In this document: positions 55,601 to 64,000 of the stretch, one piece after another
Position numbering within the stretch: the stretch's first letter is position 1
How the letters are laid out: each line of letters opens with the position of its first letter
Assembly (NCBI GenBank): GCA_951406725.2
Contig: OX597828.1
Location: forward strand, 7,254,001 to 7,318,000
DNA: 64,000 bases
Direction of reading: 5' to 3'
Origin: Octopus vulgaris
Lineage: Eukaryota
Program-made: the position numbers and the translations under genes
The notes under the pieces: model-generated
Seen by the model: the letters and a program-made list of their open reading frames with translations, nothing else
Databases searched by the model: none
Told to the model about the DNA's origin: nothing

Positions 55601-56140
55601 AAAGGAAACAGAATATGCCAGGCGCAAGCGTGGTTGTGTGATAAAAAGCCTGCTTCTCAACCAGATGGTTCTGAATTCAGTCCCGCTGCGTGACACCTTA
55701 ATAAGTGTCTTCCATTATAGCCGCAGGCCGATGAAAATCTTGCGAGAGGATTTGGTCGACGGAAACTGAAAAGAAGCCCGTTGCATGTATATTTATGTAT
55801 ATATGTGAATGTGTGTCTTTATAACTGTGTTTGTTCTGTTTGACAACCGATGTTGCTGGGTTTACTTCCTCGTAACTTAGCGGTTCGTCTATAGCAGTCT
55901 AATGACTGAAATATATAAAAAATAAAGTTAAAATGAAATGGAACTATTCTGACATTTATTTAATCTCGTGTCCACTAAGATAATATGCTAGAACTACCTT
56001 TATGCCAATTAGACAAAATCTATGGAATTTCCGGTGTACACATTGGAAAACACTTCCATTTCCGACACGAAGATTAACTACAGGAGAAATGCAAACTTGG
56101 TCTATTAAACTAATTGTGAGTTTATGTGAATGCGTCTGTG

Positions 56141-56184
<44 letters not shown>

Positions 56185-56863
56185 TGTGGGTTATTCATGA
56201 TATATACACAAACTATCTCTATTCCGTTCTATTTCCCTCACATCACCATTATTATCATTTGCCTTAATTATTTACTAATTATCCACTGAGCCCTTTCAAT
56301 AGATAATACGTTTCTTTAAGATGGTTTGAAATGTGCCCTCTAAAGCAATGTATCGGTTATCTACATATATCATTTCTGGATTCGTTTGCATTTTTCAAAC
56401 ATTTATTTTCCCTAGTCAGCTCTGTTTATTTTTTATTTTTTAATGCTTATTTTATATCACTTTGTTTCAAACAGCCTCAGAACGACAGAATTTATGTCCA
56501 TTCTCATTCGTTCGTTCCGGTTTTCTTTTTATCTCAACCGATCGTGACTCGGATGTATAATGTATCTGTTGCTGTGTGACAAAAATTCAGCCTTATTCAT
56601 TTTCAACAGATAAGATACACCCAAATACATCGAATCATTAATAAGATATATACGTAGCAAGGTGGTGGAATGGCTCTACTCAAGAAATTCTCCTTACAAC
56701 TATGTGATTTCGGGATCAATTCTTCTGGGCTGTACCTTGAGCGAGTGTCTTCTACGCCAGCCCCGGTCCAATCAATTCTCTGTGAATGAATTTGGTAGAT
56801 GGAAACTGAAAGAAGTCCGTTGTTTACTTGCATGCATGCATACATACATATAATATAAATGTA

Positions 56864-56947
<84 letters not shown>

Positions 56948-56991
56948 TGTCTGTGTGTCTTTGTCGTTGTGTTTGTCTCCTCCCTCTACTT

Positions 56992-57255
56992 GTGGAGTCG
57001 TGTGGCTTAGTGGTTAGGGTGTTGGACTCATGTTCATAAGATTGTGGTTTTCATTCCTGAACCGAGCGATGCGATGCGTTCTTGAGCATAATACTTCATT
57101 TCACGTGGCTCCAGTCCACTCAGCTGACAAAAATGGCCAATCCTGTGTCGGACCGGCGTCCCATCCAGGTGGGGAATATATACGTCATAAATCCGAGAAA
57201 CTGGCCCTTATCAGTCGGCATGGCTCGGGAAGGAAGCTTTACCTTCTTTTTTACT
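56992..57255 (+). mobile_element. SINE family C-related copy nested in an old family A SINE
   Basis: Family A sequence lies on both sides (56660-56985 and 57300-57440). Confidence 0.75.
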
Positions 57256-57600
57256 ACCCCAAAACTTTACAATCAATATAGGTTTGTATATTTAATCATA
57301 ACTTAGCGGTCAAGCAAAACAGATTGATGGAATAAGTACCAAACTTGAAAAGCTAATCTCTGAGAGCGATTTCTTCGACTAAAATCCTTCAGGTCTGTGC
57401 TCTATCATGGCCGCAGCTCAAATAATCAAAAGAAATAGAAGAGATATAAGAGATATCAGTTTCAGATATATCTAAAATTCCTCCACACCAGCTCTAAGCA
57501 AGTTTTATGATTTATTGAAAATTTTTCAGTGAAATAGTTTTCGCGATTAGATAAGTTGATATATATATATACTGTGAAACACAGGGATATCTATGATATA

Positions 57601-58483
57601 TACAGGATGTGACAGGTATACGAGGACAATCAATTATCAGTGTAGTACCATCTTCAAACCAATTAAAATGTTTTTATGTCTTTCATATCCTTTATGTCAA
57701 ATAACATGCTAACACAAGAAATGAAAAGACATGCAGTCATTATTGTCATGCAGGCGAAACACAGTTTAACACTCTCGCGAACTTGGCGTGCCATGGATCA
57801 TCTCTGATGAGAAAAATACTCGAACCAAAAGTCTAAGGGGTGAAATGACAAATGGTTATGTGCATATCTATCTGATGTCCTCGTATCATATCCACTAAGC
57901 TTCCGGCAACTTTAGTGTTTTTAGGGGTGGTGAATAACAAAGGTCATATAGTCCTACCTGAAATCATTCTCTCAGAGCCTTAGAATTAGGGCTGCTGAAT
58001 ACAGTTCAGTGCTGCAGATAATTGTGGAGCCCTGGTTGTAAGGAATACGCAGCAGAGGATTATACGTGTTCCAACAAGACTCAGCACCTTCTGACAAATT
58101 CCACATAACCCAAGAATGGATGTCGAATAATCTTTATGACCATGTAACACTGAACTTGTGGCCTCCGACCCCGCCAGTTTTAAGTCCCATGAACTACTAG
58201 GGTTCATATAATGTTGAAAGGAAAACTAATTGGATATCCTGACAATATCTTAACATCACTGCAGGACGCCATTGCCCAGGTGATATCCGAAGTGAATTAC
58301 GATCATTTAGTATATGTATGTGGACGATTCCGGTCACGCATTGAAGCAGCCATCGAAGGTGAAGACGGATTCATGTTGAGAACGTGTTAACAAATTTCCA
58401 TTACAATACATTTAGTTCTTGCTTGATCAGAGTGCTTTATTGAATTACAAAGTATGTCCTCAAAATCCCTCTCACACTGTGTA
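57601..58483 (+). mobile_element. Tc1/mariner (maT/DD37D-like) element, internally deleted and decayed
   Basis: TA-flanked degenerate ~30 bp TIRs. Peptides TKLPATLVFLGVVNNKG and YVFQQDSAPS....TQEWMSNN......LWPPTPPVLSPMNY. Confidence 0.8.
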
Positions 58484-59973
58484 TATGTGTAAATATACAT
58501 ATATATATATATATATATATGTATTTGTAAATAGTAAGGGATTACTCCAAACGTTTACCGGTTTGCTCTCATTTAAGTATTCATAATAGGTTTTGTATGT
58601 AATGTATGTGTGTATGTATGTATGCATGTGAATATGTGTGTGTGTGTACATACATGGATGCATACATACTCGCACATTTGCATGTATTTGTTCATGCATA
58701 TCGTGTATATGCAGCCCTTGACTGAATAGCATCATCTCCCTACGATGTCGTTTCATGTTGCCTTCTTTTTCTTTAATTTCTCCCAAACTTTTCCTCCTCT
58801 AGATTCTTCTTTCTTTCATTCTCCGTTCTTTCTCTCTCTTTTTCTCTTTTGGACCACAACAACCACACATAACATACAAATAACCCACAAGAAGATACGC
58901 TTTCACTGCTTATGTGTGTGTGTTTGTGTGTTGGTGTGTTTGTGTAATGGTGTGTTTGTGTGTGTGTGTGTGTGTATGTGTAAGAGAGAGGGATAGAGAG
59001 AGAGAGAAAGAGGGAGAGAGAGAGAAGGCATGTGTTTGTGTTTGCGTGAATGTACGTGTGAATGTGTGAGCGTGTGAGTATTATTTGTTGCATGCTAACA
59101 CGTGTGTATTGTCAGGCTTTGTCTGTTGTGTGTGTGTGTCTTTATCCCACAGCGTATATTTTCAAACGAATTACTTTCTCAGACATTAATTAATTAGCTG
59201 TAATTACTACTATTTTATTCATAGTGTTCTCTGTATGCGACTAAGCATGTAATTGTGTGTGTCCGTGAAAGTCTTTATGTGAGGGTATGCGTGTCTGCAA
59301 CGAATGTATATGATTAAGTGTATATATACATGTATTTGTTCATTTGAGTAGATGTATATTCGTATGGGTATATATATATGTGTGTGTATATATATATATA
59401 TATATATGCATGTATATTTGTATATCTATATTTATACATATATACATATATACCTATATATATATATATATATATGCATGTATGTATGTATATCTATATG
59501 TGTATACACAAACACACACACATATATAAGCATATGTATATGTAAATACATACATATATATATTTATACATATATACCTATATATATATATATGTATATA
59601 TAATAACTTTTTGAAATGTGAGAGCATGTAAACTAAATTGTAAGCGCTATATATATGTATAAATATGTATGCATGTGTGTGTATGTGTATGTGTATGTAT
59701 ACATATGTATATATTTGTAAGTGAATATATAGATATATTCACTCACAGGTGCAGACCTATATATATGTATGTGTGTTTGTTTGTGTGAGTGTATGTGTGT
59801 GTCTATTTGTGATGTGTGTGTGTTATATTCAAATTGCTCAATAATCTGAAATAAATTTAAGTAATATAATCTAAAATATATCCAATTTATGCATTCGAAA
59901 GTTACACTAGGAATTCCATTAAATATATCGAAATATGTATCAAGAAATATGTGCATTCCGTTCTTGACAAAGC

Positions 59974-60475
59974 TTTACGGCAGCGAGTCATGGTCGATAA
60001 GGGTGGAAGATATTAAACAACTAGAATCCTTCGATCACCTCTGTCTACGCCGCATCCTTCGTGTCCGCTGGCATCACTTTGTCTCCAACAATTCGGTGCG
60101 ACACCAGTGGAGAATCACCTCCCTCCGACAAATCATCCTAACGAGACGTCTGCATTGGCTGGGTCATGTCTTCCGTCGTCAACCAGGAGAATTCATCTAC
60201 GAAGCAATTGCCCTAGCTCCCCTTCAGGGTTGATGAAAGCGATGTGGTGGACAGCGAAAAACCTGGCTGATGACAGTCAAGGCTGATCTGGAACCCAACT
60301 TAGGCTCCCGTGTCTACGGCGTTCGCCGCTGGAATAGGGAGTGGTTGGAGATCACGCGGTCGTTAGCTCAAATCGCCAGGCCTGGTCGGCGTTTGTGAGA
60401 GATGCAGCACTGAGGATGAATGAAGCCAGCTCAACCCACCCCGGGTGAATGCTGTCTCAAGACAAGACAAGAAGA
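59974..60475 (+). mobile_element. RTE-clade LINE 3' end, 5'-truncated
   Basis: LYGSESW....IKQLESFDHLCLRRILRVRW...VSN..V...RRLHWLGHVFR, GGQRKTW and a short 3'UTR with a (CAAGA)n tail. One stop and a frameshift are present. Confidence 0.9.
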
Positions 60476-60966
60476 AGCTGGCAAAGCACAACAAATGTGT
60501 AAGACATCGTACAGAATTAGATAACAGTCTGTGTAAAAGGAACTGATAGGTTATAGAAGTCTACAGCTAGAAGTATCTGTTTAAATATCTGAAGACTCAC
60601 TTCCTTCCTCTTTATCGGTGGTTCCCAATGAAGGTCCATGTGGCCCCTAGTGGTCAATATAAAATTTTTAGGCGTCCACACAAGCGAAATAGTAAACTGA
60701 GGATCCACAATAATTTTGTAAGCATTCAAGAAAAACTTTGTTTTGGATATATTTATTGCAAGAAACAGCTAGGTTTCTTTCTCTGATGTTTTACATAGTA
60801 GAAGGGCGATGCGAGGCTGTGTGGTAAGATGCTTGCTTCATAACCGGATGGTTCCGGTTCAGTTCCACTACGAGCAAGTGTCTTCTACTATTTCCTCGAT
60901 CCAACCAAAGCCTTGTGAATGAATTTCGTAGACGGACACTGAAAGAAGCCTATCGTGTGTGTGTGC

Positions 60967-61003
<37 letters not shown>

Positions 61004-61009
<6 letters not shown>

Positions 61010-61204
61010 TATAGAGGGTACTATTATTCATAGGTACCGCACGCTGTGAGGGAAATCACAGGTGATATGTAACTAAATTCTGTTTTTAAATGACTTGCTT
61101 TGAAGTTTTGCATTCGGTACAATTTGTTTATTTTAGTAGTTTTGACTGCAAGAGTCCCTCCTAGCTTGCGGTACCTATGAATAATAGTACCCTCTATATA
61201 ATAT
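61004..61204. repeat. Fold-back element with perfect 38-bp inverted repeat in (TA)n
   Basis: atattatatagagggtactattattcataggtaccgca (61004-61041) is the exact reverse complement of 61167-61204. Confidence 0.9.
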
Positions 61205-61307
61205 AAATAAATATTTTCAAAGTGGAAAAATTTACGAATTTTTTCTCTTACGAGGTTTTTCACGCTAACTACTGATAATTTCTTATAAAGATTTTATCCT
61301 TAATTTT

Positions 61308-61351
<44 letters not shown>

Positions 61352-61379
61352 CCATATTCAAATGGTATATATATATATA

Positions 61380-61469
<90 letters not shown>

Positions 61470-63005
61470 TAATATATATATATGCATAAATACACAGTTA
61501 TATATGTACATACATACATATATATGCATATATAGATGCATATATGGGTACAGGACATCAAAAAATCGGGAACAAAAGGAGAAACGAGACAGGCAACATA
61601 AAAAACATTCCCTTCATCAGTTGTCCCCTGTTTTATCCACTCTGTGTTTCGAGGGTATGTATGTGTGTAAAGGTAAAAATATCACCAGTAAATTCAAGTG
61701 CGTAATAAACTGCTGACATAAGAATGTCATACTCGTTTAGGTTGTAAACATACATGAGTTAAATGCAAAATAAACACACACACATAAATATGTATGTCTT
61801 GATTTATTAAAATTAATCTCTGCCTCTAGACGATGTGTCATAATTATGAAATGACAATTAAGACCGGCTCTACTCGAGAAGACATGATAATCTCCAGAAG
61901 CAAAAATTCTCTAGAACTAACTTGCCACTTAGGTAAAGGCTAGGCTTATTGTCTGGCGATAAGAGAAGAGTTGTAGGTAGCTGCTTCTGACTCAATAGCC
62001 GTCACAAGCACGATGTTTGCCCGACCTTAACTCCTACATGTAAAGGATTTAAACTGTTAAGGGTAGAAAACATTGATGGCCTAGGTAATGTGCATTATAT
62101 GAACAAAAATAGGCTTAAGCCTGTTCTTTTCTTTGAAGACATGTTAATTTGGGAGAATACTTGATTCTCGGGATTATCTCCTCTTTTCACGTACAGCTGG
62201 TCTTCATTGCCATTTGATAATTATGACGCATTGCCTACAGGCAGTCACGAATTTATGTTGTATGTTGTTTGATATATGTGTATTGGTCTATCTATTAAAA
62301 TACATGCCACTGACCACTCTGGGGTATTTCCTTTCTCACAAATTTGAATTATGCAAATTACCGAGGTCATAAATGTTTTTCACTCTCCTTTTTTTATACA
62401 TATATATTTGTTCTTTGGTTACTAAAGATAATGTTGGACAACTGTCATGCAGATAAGAGTTATTAAACCTGAAACCTGTGCCCAGGATTGTCCCCCTTAT
62501 ATGCAGGCACTCATCCTGTTCTTTTCATTAATTTTGGAGAACTTTTGATACTTGATATTATCTTCCCTTTTCAAGTAGGCGTGATCTTAATAGCCAAACG
62601 AGATCGAGATAATTTTAATAATTCAAGAATTCCTCTCGTAAGCTATTTGACTTGTATGTTATTCATGTCATACATAAAACTTGTATGTTGTTCAAATAAG
62701 TACACACCACTGGCCACTTAAGTTTCTCTTTTAGTTGATATATATGAGTGTGTGTGTGCATGTGTTTGTGTTGATGTATACGTATGTAAGCATATATATG
62801 TATATATTTGTATAGGTACATACATATGTGTATGCGCACATATATATAATCATTAACAAGGACAATGGAATGAGCATTTTGTTTTATTACATAGTTTTAC
62901 GATTACTTTATCGAAGTGTATTGCTATGTAATAGCAATACACTTGTAAGAATATATTGCAACGGTATCTATATGGGTATTATTACAGAAAATGGATTTTA
63001 TACAT

Positions 63006-63107
63006 AATCCTGAGGAGTCGATATTTTTTTTAGCTATTACACATGTATTATCAATATAACATAACAATACCTTTCCGATAAAATGTTGATGAAACAATTG
63101 TAAAATT
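63006..63107 (+). ncRNA. Hammerhead-ribozyme-like motif (probably Penelope-derived)
   Basis: CTGAGGA / gtcgatatttt...aaaatgttgat (stem II with G-U pairs) / GAAAC-aatt-GTA, with palindromic ACAATTGT stem III. Stem I is weak. Confidence 0.45.
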
Positions 63108-64000
63108 CTGTAATATAACTAATTACTCAATGCTTCTTGTTGATTATATAAAGTTATGTCGCACGTTGGGATGCCTCTACTACTCAACTCTACTACTCTG
63201 TTCTCTCTGATACGTTCTAGTCTACCCTGACGTCTAGGCTTCTCCCACTATATCTACGTATTGGGGCTAGCCTACTTCATTGTCTGGGGGCGTCCACAAA
63301 ACAAAAGTGTATGAATTTTTATGCATTTTCAGATATATCATCAGTAAAATTGTCAAGTTCCCTTTTATACTTTTATCTGATAGCCTGTACCCATGGGTGA
63401 GCTTAATAAAGCAAACTCTAAGTTGAAAACTGAAATGAGATTTATATGTGTGTGTGTCTGTGTGTATGTGTGGTGTGTGAATAAGATAATAAGAATGGAA
63501 AATCACTGTTTAGTGTGACATATCTTTCATAAGTAAGATATACTTCGAATATATGTCCATTGCATCATAACATAAAGACATCTCCTTTCCTACCAGGCAC
63601 GTAACTACCAGATGATAATATTGATTGGAATTGCTGTTGTGTAGCCCTTGTCCTCTTATCAAAATTATTGTCGAGATGATGACTCTTATTAAACCTGAGA
63701 TCCGTCTTTCCGACTGTTCTTGTTTGGAGAATTTTTCATACTTAATATTATCTCCCTTTCTCAAGTGGAAATGGTCTTAACCTTTTGCACACTGTAGGTG
63801 CATCACATCACTATGTGAGTTTTCTCCCCTGTAGCAACAGGGCAGCGGCAGGGTAAACAATTCTTGATAGAATGCAGTGTGATAAAGGTTGATTGCTATG
63901 TTGATTGCTATTGGAGGTGGAGATAATTCCAATTAAGTGAACTCGAAACATTGACTAATAAATCTGCTGATCTATTGATATTCCTTCGAGTGTTCTACAC

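Noticed and set aside
40850-60475. LINE and transposase fragments as active or domesticated genes
   Set aside because: All are truncated with stops or frameshifts.

Overview
This is eukaryotic, AT-rich, repeat-saturated DNA. It has no long ORF, rRNA, CRISPR array or operon structure, and almost all ORF-track entries are microsatellite translations. From memory, the SINE sequences and the extreme (TA)n/(CA)n/(CATA)n/(CTAT)n load resemble an Octopus (coleoid cephalopod) genome; this is inference, not a database result. The window reads as intronic or intergenic. Its content is: about 30 full or partial copies of one bipartite tRNA-derived SINE (family A, my label); three other SINE families (B, C, D); decayed CR1, RTE and R4/Dong-type LINE fragments; Tc1/mariner remnants; a Merlin-like MITE carrying telomeric repeats; and Penelope-like fragments with hammerhead-ribozyme motifs. 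It also contains many fold-back hairpins inside microsatellites, a ~1 kb tandem duplication that may be an assembly artefact, and a few weakly supported candidate exons. I found no convincing novel protein-coding system. The best leads are RNA-structural and mobilome-related.
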